Positions 46,089-59,287 of a stretch of DNA of 64,000 nucleotides are shown in pieces. Below the pieces are notes generated by a model. It ran no database searches, was not told the origin of the DNA, and saw nothing but the letters and a program-made list of their open reading frames with translations. How positions within the stretch are numbered: the first letter of the stretch is position 1; each line of letters begins with the position of its first letter. The translations under genes were made by a program, and so were the position numbers. The stretch is from an uncultured Chthonomonadaceae bacterium (GTDB lineage Bacteria; Armatimonadota; Chthonomonadetes; Chthonomonadales; Chthonomonadaceae): assembly GCA_963817895.1 (NCBI GenBank), contig CAWFQB010000001.1, positions 768,001 to 832,000 on the forward strand, in the 5' to 3' direction.

Positions 46089-48207
46089 ATGGATAACATG
46101 AACTCAGCAAATAACCCGGAAATATTCAGAATACGCCGCCGTCACGAACTCCCGCTAAATCGCGCAGGGTTTTCGCTGCTTGAAATTCTGGTGGTGATGG
46201 TGATTCTGCTGATTGGTATCCTTGCCGTCGTCCGCCTGTTTCCGGGCGGCTTCCTGACCATTCAGCGGACGGGAGAGCAGACGCTTGGCACCAATCTGGC
46301 CGCGCAGCAGCTTGATCTTATGCGAAACCAGGCCACGCTGATGGACTACATCGTTCCCGGACTGCCGGACGATAAAGGACTGATTCACGAAATTTCCAGC
46401 ATCCGCCCGGATGACCTGACCGCTTCCACAGATACGGACTTGCAAGCGATTGCAATGGCGAACAACTTCAATATTTTTCCCGGCTATCTCGGCTACTTCT
46501 TTTCGGATGTAAACCGGTTCCGCTATATCAAGGGCGAAACGTTCCCGGTTCCCATTTCCAACCCCAATGTCGTGGATGGCAGCAACAAGCCACTCGGTTC
46601 CCTTGCCTCGCTGCAAATCGGCCCGGTGTTCAACTATTTCAACCCGCCCACCGGCGGAGGCAGCCAGTACACGGACAGCCTGCACGTTTACGGCGCGGCC
46701 TTAAACCGCACCCTGCAAAGCGCGGTCGCCAGCGTGGATCGTCCCGACGCCAGCGCGTTGTTGCGGGGTGAAAACGAGTACGCCATTGATTACAGCAGGC
46801 ATCTGATCGCGTTCTTTCCGCATGTCGCGCAGCCCGGAATGATCAAGTCGCGCCAGTTCCAGATTACGTTCGACTACTACGATACCAGCGCGAACCCGCC
46901 CTCCCTGAAATCGCAAACAGGCAAAATCATTGTGCCGGACGTAGATCCCACAACCGTCGCATCGGGCGTTGTGCCGCAGCCGGTATGGCAGGACATTTTT
47001 GGCGCGATGAACCCGGCTCCCGCGCAGGCTAAAGACGAGTTCAACATCCGAACCGAAAGCGAAGATGTCAGCCGCGCCTTTACGCTGATTACAACGGATT
47101 ACAACAACGGTTTGACATTGACGTTTACGGGCGCGACAGCAGGACCGAATTGGTCGGATGACCCCTACGAATATGCGTGGTACTCCGAGCAGGAGGGCGC
47201 GACTTCCAACGCCAATGTGGGCGTGCTGCTGTTCAATCCGAAGGGACACGTCTCCTTCCTTGCCAACAACATCAGCGATCCGCAAACGCAATCGCAGGGC
47301 GCGTCCTACGCCAACAATCAGGCCATCACTGCGCGGGTAGATTATCTGGTCTATGACAACCACATTCTGCGCGACCTGCGCACGGTTCCTTCCGGCGCGC
47401 CGTACACCATCAAGTTGTCGGTTCCCAATATTCTGGCAAACGGTGATTTGTTGGAAGATGGCTCCACCTTTACAGGCATATTCAATGATGGCAACGGCGG
47501 AACCGGCGCGGATGTGATTGTCTATAACGCCAATAACGGCATGGAAGTGGGCGAGATTAGCAAAGGCGCTCAAACCGGGCCGGTCAAGTTTACTCTGGAC
47601 GCGACTGCCGGTTCGATTACCCTGAACTCTGGGGATGTGGAAGCAAATACAAATATGCTGCAGGGCAAACCCCTGCGCATTTTCTACCGGACACAGAAGA
47701 ACTGGGGACAGCAGGTGCAAAAGGCCAGCAGCGTGTATACGGCAACGAGTACCCCGGATACGCTGGACTACAAAACCTTTTACATCGGGGATGGCACAAC
47801 GGGTTCAGCCACACGCATTTACTTTGCGCCTTCGGAAGCCGGTAAAACCATCACGATCAGCGAGTTCTACCTGAAAACCGCGACTGGCGTGATCTACGCG
47901 CCCTACAAAAACGCGACGTTCAAAATCCAGGACAATCCGGCCCTGTTCGAGCCCCTGCCCACCAAGGGTCTGATGTATCCCTGGATTGATCTCAACCCGG
48001 ATTTTGGTATATCCGACGACGAACACATTCCGCAGGGCGGCATGAAAGGCGATCCCCCCAGCCATTACCGGGTTTACCGCCGTGCCGAGTGGACGTGCCG
48101 TAAACAATGTGCGCGGCCTGTCCTTCAAGTCCCGCGTGATCTGGAAAGACCGTACCAATTTCCGCCGCATTGACCAGGACAGCGTTCTCACCACTGACCG
48201 ACAGTAA
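46089..48207 (+). CDS. Large PilV-like minor pilin (about 700 aa); apparent frameshift in C6 run at about 48055
   Basis: RAG|FSLLEILVVMVILLIGILAV. Removing one C gives ..VNNVRGLSFKSRVIWKDRTNFRRIDQDSVLTTDRQ*, ending 17 bp before the next gene. Confidence 0.82.
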
Positions 48208-48224
48208 ACATTGAGATACATGCC

Positions 48225-50514
48225 ATGACAGCACAAAAGCCACAATATAATAGGAATTACGCCTTCACCCTGATTGAACTCCTCGTCGTGATCGCGCTGA
48301 CGGCGATTCTGCTGACGCTGGTGTTCGGGCCGCTGATTAACACCCTGAACTTGACCAGTCGCGCCAGCACACAGATCGAATCGCAGCAGACGGGGCGGGA
48401 TGTGCTGCGCCGCATGGAAGCGGAACTGAGCGGCCCGGTCTTTGTCTACGATAACGCGTTTCAGGGCCCCGGCACTATGAACAGCGTGAACAATGTGAAC
48501 AATGTGATTGGCAATGTGGGCGACCCGGATGGGCGCGTCAACATCTGGATGTACGGGCAGAACGGAACCAACCCCATCGGCGGCGCTCCCGTTGTGGTTC
48601 CTATTCGGTTCGGCATGATAGAATACGTGCAGCCGGCCAGTCAGGCGGAAAGCAGCGGCAATACGCTTGTAGACCCGACAACCGGCAAACCCGACCCCGG
48701 CGCGAACGCTCCCGGCAACGTGTCCTTGCCACTGGTGCGCGGGCGTACCATTGCGCGCGTTTTCCCCGGCCTGCAAAACAACACGTCTGGCGCAACCAGC
48801 GCGGTTCAGGACGGCGTGACGCTTTCCGGCCAGCCCGTGGATGCGCAGGGCGCGTTTCACGGCTACGCCAACCGCTATGATGATGCCTCCGATGTCAATG
48901 CGAAGCAGGACAATCGCGTCACGCTGTACCGGGCGGAAGTGCAGCCGTACATTCCTGACCCGACCGCGCCCGCAGGCGTGGTACGCTACATTCCCAACAT
49001 CGCCCTGTTCCACACTGTCAATGCGCAGGGCGGGCGCGGTCAGTCAACAACCGGAACCATCATTCTGGACGACCCGAACTTCTTTTATGACACGACACTG
49101 GTTCCCGCCGCTTATGTGAGCGCGGGCGCTCCGGGCGTAGACCTGGCGGGACGCGCATCCGTTCCCATGTGGGAGTGCTGGAAAGCCGTTTCGCAACCCC
49201 TCCTGCCGCTGAACAAGGGCGATGCCATCGAAGTGCGGCGCGACGATTACCACAAAATTATGTATGTTGGCGGCGTCCCAATTGTGCGACCTCTGATTAC
49301 GTTCACGCCGCAGTACATAGAAAACGATCCGGGCATTCCCGCCAGCGTGGAAGCAACCGCGTCGGAAACGCCATACACCGCCGCTACAACGTTTCGTTCG
49401 CAGTACGGCGCGTGGGCGCGTCCCTTCCGTATCCTCGTGTACCGTTCGCCAGATGGGCTTCAGGACCCGCTCTGCGTCAAGCAATCCGATTTACTATGAA
49501 ATGGATGACCCTAACACCGGCATCGGTTCTCAGGGACCAAGCGCGAATTTCGCATCCACTGTTGGGCCTGTGCTTGACCAGTATGGCGCGTGGACAAATA
49601 AGCCGGATTTCGCGTTTACCCCGGATTACGACAAGGGTACGATCAATTTCGCGTTTCCACATACCGTATATGATCGCAAGGCGGATGGTTCACCGCTGCC
49701 TATGTACTACAATGCCTCAACCGTCAATAGCCAGATAGATATGGTGATGAATGGCGAACCGCTGACAGGCAGGCGATATTTGTGGCTGCGCGATTTCGAT
49801 TTTACCAACACGCTGAACCCTGGCACGGCAAAATCGCCCCTGAATGAGTTTTATATGCAGCTCGACAACCCGATCAAGACGCCGCCCACGCAGCCAAACG
49901 TTCGCATTGTTCCTGGCAGCGAGCGCGTCTTCGGACCGGATCAGCTTCCGGGGGCGCACTACGGCTATCGGACGCTGTACACCCGCGTCTCCGCAAATGC
50001 CGGACAGATCGGGCCGAACCAGTATAAAATCCTGTACGAGAACGCGGCCAATGCCAATTATGTCAACAATGTCAACGATCCGCGCGTTCAGACCGGGTAC
50101 GTGGAGTTCGACAGCCAGCCCGATGTGGACCCCTATCGAATCAACTCGAACGGCGTAGGTTCCGCGAACCTTGATCCGATTGACGATTTGCCTATATCCC
50201 ACATGAAGATGATTAGTGGGCAAATGCAATTGGTTCCGCCAACTTACCGGACGCATAGCCTGCCCGAAAAGAAGTGGATGCCCGATCCCGCCGCGCCCAC
50301 CGACACAACAAAAGGCACAGTTGTAGCCGCCGATCCGATGGAAGTATCGTACAGTTTCCAGATGAACCGGCCGAGCGATGTGGTGAAAATTGACTACCTG
50401 ACGCGCAGCATCCTCAACGTCACGATGGAGATGCGCCTGTACGACACGCGCTCCGCGCGCCCGCAAACCACGCAGTTGACCAGCAAGGTTTCAGTACGGA
50501 ACCTTCAGCGCTGA
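48225..50514 (+). CDS. Large PilW-like minor pilin (about 760 aa); apparent frameshift at about 49473
   Basis: NYA|FTLIELLVVIALTAILL..GRDVLRRMEAEL; continues in ORF 49453..50514, ending with PilW-like TQLTSKVSVRN. Confidence 0.82.
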
Positions 50515-50533
50515 TTTAGCATCTAAAAAGGAG

Positions 50534-50620
50534 GGTGTTCGGTATTGGGTGTTAGGTGTTAGGAAAAATCTTGTTCAACGTGTGAATTCACCAAACACCC
50601 AATACCGAACACCTAACACC
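50534..50620. repeat. Paired inverted heptamer arrays (ggtgtt(a/c))
   Basis: ggtgttcggtattgggtgttaggtgttagg ... ccaaacacccaataccgaacacctaacacc. Confidence 0.85.
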
Positions 50621-50642
50621 TTCTCTCTGGAGCATTGTTCCT

Positions 50643-53600
50643 ATGTCCGAGCAAATCCGGCAGGTTTCCGCTTCGCGTTCAAGTCGTATGCGTCTGCATC
50701 GCGCCCAACCCGGCCAGACTCTGGTGGTCGCGCTGGCGGTGCTGTTTATTCTGCTGTTTGTGGGCGGCGCGTTCGTTGTCAACGTGGCGCGTAACCTGGC
50801 GAACTCCCGACGCGGCAGCGACACGTCTGGCGCGCTCGCGCTGGCGCAGGCAGGGTTGAAATACTGCGATGAGGAACTGACCGGCAGCGCGGACGGCGCG
50901 GACTGGCGGCCCATCCCCTCCGCGCCACTCGGCGGAAACAACCCTAAGGTCGCTAATACCGACCCCGACTATTTCTGGCTGGAAAAAGGCTTTACGCGCC
51001 TGAACCTTAAAGGCGGACGCGCCCTTGTGCGCGTCTCCTACGATCCCGATCCGTTTAATCCCGTCGGGCAGGCCATCAAAATCGAGAGCATCGGGCGCAC
51101 GGGCGAACTCGACGCGAACGACCCGACCGTTTTTGTGCAGAACAACACGTCACCCCGCCTACGCCGCGAACTGATCGCCTACAAGCGCATCGGAATTACG
51201 GATTACCTGCGCTATATGACCGACAAAGATAAGGGGAACCACACCAACTATCTCGGCGTTCCCGCTGTGGGCCACTACTTTCCGATGGTGTTCGGCAACC
51301 CGATGCTGGGCATGTCTGCCTATACATCGGGTGTCAATGGTAATGAAACGCTGTATGGTGGGCCAATCTATTGTAACTCGAACCTGACCATCATGGGCGA
51401 TACCCTGTTCTATGAGAGTTCGCGGGGCGTGTACGACGCTGCTGCGGCAGCATCGCCCGACCAGGCGCGCGTATTGGAAGGCATCTCTGTCGCAAACGTG
51501 ATTACTGCCAACCAGACCTCCGTCGCGTCGCCTACTGCCACGCGCTTCGATAACACCGGTAATCCCGTGACACAGGCATACATCAACGTGGACCCGAAAA
51601 CATTGACCGCGCCCCCCTCCATGACTACCGCCTCGTATGGGGGCATGATTACGCCGACGCTCACAGCAGGCGGCGCGCCCAACCCCAACTATGTCTCGTA
51701 TCGCGGAATCGCGCGTGACGGCAGCGCAGACGCGGATATGTCCGGCATGCCGCGCAGCGTCAGCAAACTGACGCCACCCTCCATTGATACCAAACTCAAC
51801 GGCACGGGCAGCCTGCGAATCCGCCAGATTACGCAATTCTCCGGAAACTGGACGGACCAGAATTTCAATACGGGCATGCACGGTTGGGGCAAAGCGATTT
51901 ACATTGACAACACGAGTGACTTGCAGCCGGAAACCATGCTTCCGGGCGTGAACGGCGGCTACTCGCTTCCCGCCGACTGGACCAATCCCAATGCCGGGTT
52001 TGCGCAAAGCGCTTGGCAAGGGCCGTACTATCGTCCGCCTGGAGTTCTGATTGAACTGCTTGGCGACCGGATGCGGATTACACGAACGGACGGCAAATCG
52101 TTTTACGCTTCCAACGGCACGGCGAACGCGCAAAATGGCGGCTCCACGATGGACATTCCGTTTTCGGATGCCGAACGCGCTGCCCTGCCCACGCCTGCCG
52201 GACAGCCGCCCATTGCGCCGTTCCCGCACGATGGCGACGATCCCGTGACGAATGGAACCGACCCGCGTAATAGCAGCAAGTTCAGCATTGATGCCAAATC
52301 CTACGGCGTCAACATCGTGCTGTTCGCCGAAGGGAATATCCGCGTCAAGGGCGTATATGGTTCGCTGACGGATACCACCAATCCCAATTCTATACTCAGC
52401 CGCGTTCACCTGACGCTGGTAACGGGCGGTTCGGCCTACATCGAAGGCAACGTGGTCAAGGGCGACGGAACCGTGAGTGGTCCGAACGGCGCGGTGCAAT
52501 TGCAGCGCAACTCCACCTGCCAGATCATCGCCAAAGATTACGTGTGCGTAAACACGTCCATGTTCATGCAGCCGCAAAACCAGACAAACGTGTGGAACCG
52601 CGTGACGCCGGACGTGGACGCTTTCGCAACCGAAATCGGCCTGCCCCGCACATGGTACGACACGACGTTTTCCAATGGCGTATTTCCGGGCAGCTACACC
52701 AGCAACGGAATGGCGGTACAGCAGATGCTGATGCTGCGGCACACGGCTCTTGCCCCCGGCCCGACAGCGGTAAACATGTTCGTCAACCCGGCTGCGGATA
52801 CCGGAGTGGGCAATTCGCTGTTCCAGTGGCCGTTCAATATCAATAACACGCCAACGTCAACAACGTCGTACCCCCTCGGCACACGGCCCGATCAAACCGC
52901 CAATGGTCTGGTCGTGCCGGACCCGGCTTCGGTAACGCCGTACTTCGAGCAGAAAACATTTGTCTTCGACCAGGCATCTTCCGCCCCCACCTACAATGTG
53001 TATCCGGGTTACGATAACCTGCTGCGCTTGAATGTGGATCAGACGGCGCAGGCCGCGCAAACCAATATCGCGCAGGGGCCGCTGCAAAGCTACCTGTTGA
53101 GCGCGATCATGGTAGCGCCGCTGGACATTCGCATTGAGGCCGGATTGTACGCGCAGGACAAGTCGTTCTTTATCATTCCGGGCTACTCGTTCAACCCGGA
53201 CGCGAACGATACTCGCGTCAACTTCGGAACTGCGGGTACGCGCGCCTCGTACAGTCCGCTGGATACATTCGCGAACGCCAACAATGATCGCGCCACGAAG
53301 GACAAGTTCCCGTACCACAATGAGCCGCTGGATGTGCGGATTACATTTCAGGGCGCGATTGCTGAAAGCTACACGGCAAGCGTCGGGGCGCAGGCCGCGT
53401 GGCTGAAGCAGTGGGGCTATACCCCCGCCAAATACGGCTCCTACAACGCCGCGACACCCGCGACAACGGAGATACCCGACGATCACCTGTTCGCGCGCAG
53501 TCCCGGCGTGAATGGAACCCTGCCGAACGGTTATGTGGCGGGCGATCCGGGCAATCTGGATTTCCGTACTCCGGTAGAAAGGCAGACGGACGCCACGCCG

Positions 53601-53897
53601 CCCGCCAACGACTTTCTGCTGACCCGCGCCCTGCGCTTCGAGTACGATCCCGCGCTGGCGATGCCCTACTTCCATAGCACGGACAAAACGCTGACGGGCC
53701 AGCAAAACCGCAACATGCGATTGGGACGCGCCCTGCGCTTCATAAAGCGCACCGTGAGCTTTGGCGGAACCCCCTTTACGTTCCGACAAATGCTGCCGCC
53801 CATGCCGCGCCTGCCGCTCAGTCCCGACCTGATCTATTCCGGCCAGAGCGACCAACTATTAGGTGAAAACCCTTTCGATACGGATTTCTATCAGTAA
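50643..53897 (+). CDS. Giant PilX-like minor pilin (1084 aa)
   Basis: PG|QTLVVALAVLFILLFVGGAF (no Glu5, a PilX/GspK trait), ALALAQAGLKY, IKIESIGRTG. Confidence 0.82.
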   Translation: MSEQIRQVSASRSSRMRLHRAQPGQTLVVALAVLFILLFVGGAFVVNVARNLANSRRGSDTSGALALAQAGLKYCDEELTGSADGADWRPIPSAPLGGNNPKVANTDPDYFWLEKGFTRLNLKGGRALVRVSYDPDPFNPVGQAIKIESIGRTGELDANDPTVFVQNNTSPRLRRELIAYKRIGITDYLRYMTDKDKGNHTNYLGVPAVGHYFPMVFGNPMLGMSAYTSGVNGNETLYGGPIYCNSNLTIMGDTLFYESSRGVYDAAAAASPDQARVLEGISVANVITANQTSVASPTATRFDNTGNPVTQAYINVDPKTLTAPPSMTTASYGGMITPTLTAGGAPNPNYVSYRGIARDGSADADMSGMPRSVSKLTPPSIDTKLNGTGSLRIRQITQFSGNWTDQNFNTGMHGWGKAIYIDNTSDLQPETMLPGVNGGYSLPADWTNPNAGFAQSAWQGPYYRPPGVLIELLGDRMRITRTDGKSFYASNGTANAQNGGSTMDIPFSDAERAALPTPAGQPPIAPFPHDGDDPVTNGTDPRNSSKFSIDAKSYGVNIVLFAEGNIRVKGVYGSLTDTTNPNSILSRVHLTLVTGGSAYIEGNVVKGDGTVSGPNGAVQLQRNSTCQIIAKDYVCVNTSMFMQPQNQTNVWNRVTPDVDAFATEIGLPRTWYDTTFSNGVFPGSYTSNGMAVQQMLMLRHTALAPGPTAVNMFVNPAADTGVGNSLFQWPFNINNTPTSTTSYPLGTRPDQTANGLVVPDPASVTPYFEQKTFVFDQASSAPTYNVYPGYDNLLRLNVDQTAQAAQTNIAQGPLQSYLLSAIMVAPLDIRIEAGLYAQDKSFFIIPGYSFNPDANDTRVNFGTAGTRASYSPLDTFANANNDRATKDKFPYHNEPLDVRITFQGAIAESYTASVGAQAAWLKQWGYTPAKYGSYNAATPATTEIPDDHLFARSPGVNGTLPNGYVAGDPGNLDFRTPVERQTDATPPANDFLLTRALRFEYDPALAMPYFHSTDKTLTGQQNRNMRLGRALRFIKRTVSFGGTPFTFRQMLPPMPRLPLSPDLIYSGQSDQLLGENPFDTDFYQ

Positions 53898-53903
53898 GAG
53901 GGA

Positions 53904-54015
53904 AGATACGAGATACGAGATACAAGATACGAGGACAAAGCAAGCGCCTCTTGAACCTGCGCAGGCGCTATTCACAATAATGAACGCTTGACTCTGTATC
54001 TCGTATCTCGTATCT
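53904..54015. repeat. Paired inverted heptamer arrays (agatacg)
   Basis: agatacgagatacgagatacaagatacgag ... tgtatctcgtatctcgtatct. Confidence 0.85.
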
Positions 54016-54039
54016 CCTGATGAAGTGGACACAAGAACA

Positions 54040-57000
54040 ATGAAACGTGAATTCCTGACAATAGGATTGGCCGGTATAACCGGGCTGGCGCTGTGCGGCG
54101 GGCTGCTGACGCTCAACGGCAGGCGCGACCCCGCCCGCGCCGACGCTACCAACTACACCAACCAGAAGCGCACCATTCGCGCCTGTGTTCTGGTGACGGA
54201 AGCCAGCCAGGACGCGAACGGCGGCGGCTCCATCTATCCGAGCAATGTCACGCCCCACGTTTTCTATGCTCTGGACAGCCGCGCGGATTTGAAACCCGGC
54301 AATTTTATTTTTGACAATCCGCTCGCGCCCGAAATCATCACGCAGGACATCTACAACCGATGGCAACAGCGCAGTCAGGCGAACGGCAACAAGGATCGCG
54401 CGTTTACCAATGGAACCTCGGAACAGCAGTTGTTTCAGGTGGGCGCGCCGTGTACCAAAAACATGGGCGCGCACTGGGAAGTGAACCTGAGCAAAGTGAC
54501 CTCGCAGGATTTGCAGCAGTTCGATGTTGTCATGATGCCATTGCACGGGACGCGGGGCAACTGGGCGTTCAGTTTACGCCCGCCGAGCGCGAACGCCTGC
54601 GCCACTATGTGGATCAGGGCGGAACCATCTGGCTTGAAAACGAGGGCGAAGGCAGCAACGCTTTCGGCGCGGGGAACTTCTTCACGCTGCTCAACACGGG
54701 CGGGCAGCCCGGCGCGAACACGCCCATCAGCGTAGCCGCCGCGCACCATCCCCTGCTCAACTATCCCTATTTCATCTCGGCGCAAAACGCTTACGGCCTG
54801 AGCGTCCAGAACGGCATGAACGGCAACCTGTTTGTGGATGCAGGTTCGGCAAGCACACAGAATTCTATCGGCGGCGGCATGCTGGAATTGTCGCAGTTCG
54901 CGGCCCCCATTCTGCGCAAGAACGGGAAAACCACCGTATTCGCGGGCGATTACGGCGCGGGACATGTGCTGGTAACGTCCGCCAACATCGCGGGCGACAT
55001 CAACAACTACATGCTGACCGGCAACCAGTCAGGCACAGCCGGTTCTTCGGTCATCGGCAACAACGACGGAGCCGTGAGCGGCAACAATCTGGAGGGAATT
55101 CCGCCGGTTGACCTGAAATTCGCGTACAACCTGACAAGCTGGATCAGCAGCGTACCCACGCCCGGAAGCAATCAGCGGCGCACGGGCGCGACGCAGGAGA
55201 ACATCGGTTCCAGTCTGGCCGTGAAATGGTCGCCCCTGCCGCTTACCAATCCGGCAAACGTGGGGTCGGGCGCAACCATTTATAAGGGGCTGACCTTCTG
55301 GGTGGACGGCAACAACAACCTTCACGCCTTTGATGTCAACCCGCAGCAGAGCCTGAGCGGAAATGCCAACCCGGACGACGGCATTCCCGACCTGATTTAC
55401 GGCTTTCCCTACGATGAGGTTTGGAACGACAAAGCCAGCCGCATTCTGCCCTCTCCCGGTTCATCGCGCGGCTCGACGCCATCCATAGTAACAGTGACGG
55501 ATCCAACTACGGCTCTCATCAATGAGAACGTGGCAATGCAGGCAACGGACGGCAGCGTATATATAACTTTGTTGGGCAACGGTGGATTAAGCGCTGTGGG
55601 AACCGCGACTGCAAAACGCGATAACGGCGATATGCTGCCCAGTCTTGCGACAACGCCACCCGCTGCGGGCGCTATGCCCGGTTCCAGCGCGGGAGCGCCA
55701 TTCGGCAACCCGTTTCCGAAACCGGTTCCCGCTCCCGCCTATTCCGAGGGCGTTCTGTTCGCGCTGACCTTCAGCAACGCGAAGGGCATGAACGGCGAAC
55801 TTGGCTGGCGGATTGAAGCCATTGACCTGCTGGCAACCGACAAGACGATACAGGCGGGCATGCCCAAAGTCGTCAGCGTGTTCGGCAAATCGGACGGCAG
55901 CGATTCCGCGCCAAGCCCCTCGGTAGGCACGGGCCTGAACGGATTTTTCAACCCGCAGGGCAGTCTGACGGTGGGCGAAGTAAAAGACCCCTCAACGGAC
56001 GCGGTAGACAAAATCGTGTACGTGCCGTGCGCGGCCAATGACAGCGCGCATACGTCGGGCGTGGTGCATGGCGTGTGGTACAGCACCCGCGCCGAGCGCC
56101 TGCGCACGCTTGGAATGACGAAACAACCCGGAATGTTCCCGGCAGGCAGAACGTTTTTGCCAAGCGGACAGCGCAGCCGCGTCCCCTGGTTTGTAAACGG
56201 AACGCCGGCAAGCATCAATCTTAATCCGGTTGTCAATGTTGTCGCCTACGATGTTAATTCCGGCGTCGTGACCGGCATACGAACGCTGGCCTACGGAACG
56301 GATTTTACCGTCGTTTACGCCTCGGACGGCGAGTACACGCTGACCGATCCGAACGACCCGACTTCCATACCCATTTACAGCGACCCGGCCCCGCCCCTCG
56401 CGCGCAGCCATGTCGTTCTCACTAATATCACTCCCGCTTCAAATGAGGTGGTGTATGTGGATTATACGGTGGACTGGCCCGGAGTCGGCAATCAACGCCA
56501 ATACGCCCCACAGATAGGATATGGGCTTCGATTGCTACCGCGCGACACTACCAGACATTGCCCGCAAGCACCATGAACACCATGACGCCGGAGTTTTCCG
56601 GCGGCGTGGCCCTGAGCGGCGACGACAATCTGCTGATGGCCGAAACCAACCTGCGCGTGTCGGCAAACTCGACACGCCCCTGCCGGATCGTCTGATGAGT
56701 GTGCGCGACTCGTTTATCGGCACGGACAGCGCGACTGTGCCAGGAAACAACCTGCTGGGCCGCGCAGGTCCTATCGGCAGGCGGCGACGCCCCGGCCCGT
56801 ATACCAACTGGATGTTCTCGCCCAACGAAAACGTCACGCTCGACAACACCTATGCGAACGGCGCGTTTAGCGGCTACCAACTGCGCCCGCGCCTGCTTTA
56901 TACAGACCCGGTCAACAAAGCGCAGACGCCTATCTACAACTTCAAAACGATCGGGGCGCCGGTGTCCTCCAATGGCACAGTTTACGTGTTGGGAATTGGC

Positions 57001-59279
57001 TACAATGCGCCGCAATACGGCGGGCAGCAACGCCGGGCCCGCTTATACCGTAATGCTGGCCCTGCGCGAAAACGTGGATGCCACTATCGACATCGGCCCG
57101 ATCGCGGAAACGGGAACCGTCTCAACTGACTCAGCCCAGTTTCATCAATCCCGACCAAATGATCACGCTGAACCAGGACACGGATACCGCTGAAGCGGAA
57201 TTCTCTGCTGGAACGGGTGCAGGACCCGTCAACGGCGGCTTCAAAGGTGTCGCGCATATCCATAACTTCCAGCCGCGCTTCGGGTTCGAGGGACAGCTTC
57301 AACCTTGCGCTGCCCATCTGGGTGCAGGCGTCACAGGCCGCGAACCAGCCGGCTGTCGGCGGCGTTCCCCGAGTCAATCCGGTTACGGGCTAGGGCATTC
57401 TGGACAACCTTCAGTATTATGTCGTGATGCCCACGACAGGGAATGCCGCGCAGCCCGACCGTGCCGCCGGTGATTGCCACCAGCGGGCCATCCGTTTCGG
57501 GCAATACGCTGTATTTCGCCGCCGATGAGACGAACCGTGGCGCGGGGGGTACGGCTATCAGCGGCGTGGTAACAATAGACCTGACGCGCGCCGTCAACTC
57601 GCAAAGCGGCAGTCCGGTAGACTACAATGGGTTCCATTGTAGCCATCACGCCCTCGCTGACCGACGTAACGACGGGCGGGCCGCTGGCGACAACCTATCC
57701 GAGCATCCATCCGCCGCTTGGCACGACCAATGTGCTGATCGCCACGAACGGGCAGAGCCTGACGGGTATGGACAACGGCCTTATTCTGATTGCCGATAGC
57801 CACCGATTGCTGGAAGTGGACGCGGGCGGAAACGCCTACTGGTCTATGGAGGCCACGCGAAGCCATGTGCTTGTCGGCAACAATAACCTTTTGGATGGCG
57901 GCCTCGCCTCCACGCCCATTCCTCTGTCGCGTCCCGCAACCGCGCGGCGCTTTCAAATCAACGACTTTCTGGCGGTGGATACGGGCAACAATCGCATCGT
58001 CGGCGTGGACAGGGGCAGTACCACGCGCTTTGAAATCAGCGGCTTTCAGGACGGCATGAAGTTCCTGCGCCCCGGCGATTCGCTGAACCTGAACCAGCCG
58101 ACCGATACGGAAACCTTCCCCGAAACGTTTAGCGCGGGGTACAGCGTGACCAATCGCGATACGGGCGTTTCGTACTCGGTCAATGGCGCGGGGACGGCCT
58201 ACCACTATCTGATCGCAGACAGCGGCAACTACCGGATTCTGGATTTGATAGACGTGTACGACGCCAACGGGCGGCTTGTGAACCTGACGGCAAGCGACGG
58301 CAGCGGAAATATATCGGGCGAAAAAGTTCTCGCCTTCGTTTCTCGCTCGCTCGGGGAACAAAATCAGCGCTATCGCTATCGAACAGTACAGCAGTTCCGA
58401 TATAACAACGTGGACTACATCATTGCCACTGTCGCCAACGCGCGGCAGCCGGATACGGGCGGCGTGGGGGTTGTGGGCAGCGACTCCAGCAACTTCGAGG
58501 GACCGGGCGGTTCGCTGATGGTGATACAGCGCTCGGCAAGCGGCCCAAATCCGAATGGAGCAGGTCCCAATCTGGCGGCGGGCGACGTGTACAACGTCAT
58601 CAACAGCTTCCGGGTGGCGGACGCGGCGGGCAACTTCACGCAGCGGCAGAAGGTCAGCAACCCGACGTGGTTCAAAGAGTTCAGCGTGGCCGACACCACG
58701 CAGGGGATTGGCGCCAATCCGCAGCAGGTTCCGCGCTTCCTGCTTTCCGACGCCAATGGCTGCTACATTCTGCGCTACGACAATACGCTGAAAGACTACG
58801 TGACCGACTGGAAACTGACCGCCACCGAATACTACTACATGACCGGGCGCAAATTGCAGGCGGCGTCCATTGTGCGGGAAACGCTTGCCGACTACTCGCA
58901 GTTCCGCAACAAATTCGAGGCCCGTCTGCTGATTACCAACAGTTACAGCGGCACAGACAATATGCCCACCGTCTTCGGGACGGGATGGGCGCAGGGCGTG
59001 GTACAGGGCGAAGTATTCGAGATCAACGCCGCGCTGTACTACCCGATGAACGGCAAGGCCAACTACGGCTACGCCTTCAACCAGTATCAGCGTTACGGCG
59101 TGAATGCCGGAAACCCGATTATCAACACCATCGGCCCTATCACGCGCATGATCCCCAATGAAAGCGCCGTGAAAACAGGCGGCGGCCAATACGTTATCAA
59201 ACGCAGCATCGGCTCACCGGACAACGGACTTTCCACCTTCATTCTGGAACAGCCGCAGTACGCTGAGAAACCGCTTTAG
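54040..59279 (+). CDS. Very large secreted protein (about 1700 aa; DUF4159-like N-domain, beta-propeller C-region) split by several frameshifts
   Basis: Signal MKREFLTIGLAG..; LQQFDVVMM / FTPAERERLRHYVDQGGTIWLEN; NHL-like repeats ILIADSHRLLEVD, FLAVDTGNNRIVGVD, YLIADSGNYRILDL. Protein-like sequence hops through ORFs 54025, 54360, 56521, 56699, 57078, 57443 and 57627 with no intergenic gap. Confidence 0.68.
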
Positions 59280-59287
59280 AATAAGGA

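Noticed and set aside
55134..55142. Second match to the TnpB guide (acaagctgg)
   Set aside because: Only 9 nt and not preceded by TTGAC; consistent with chance.
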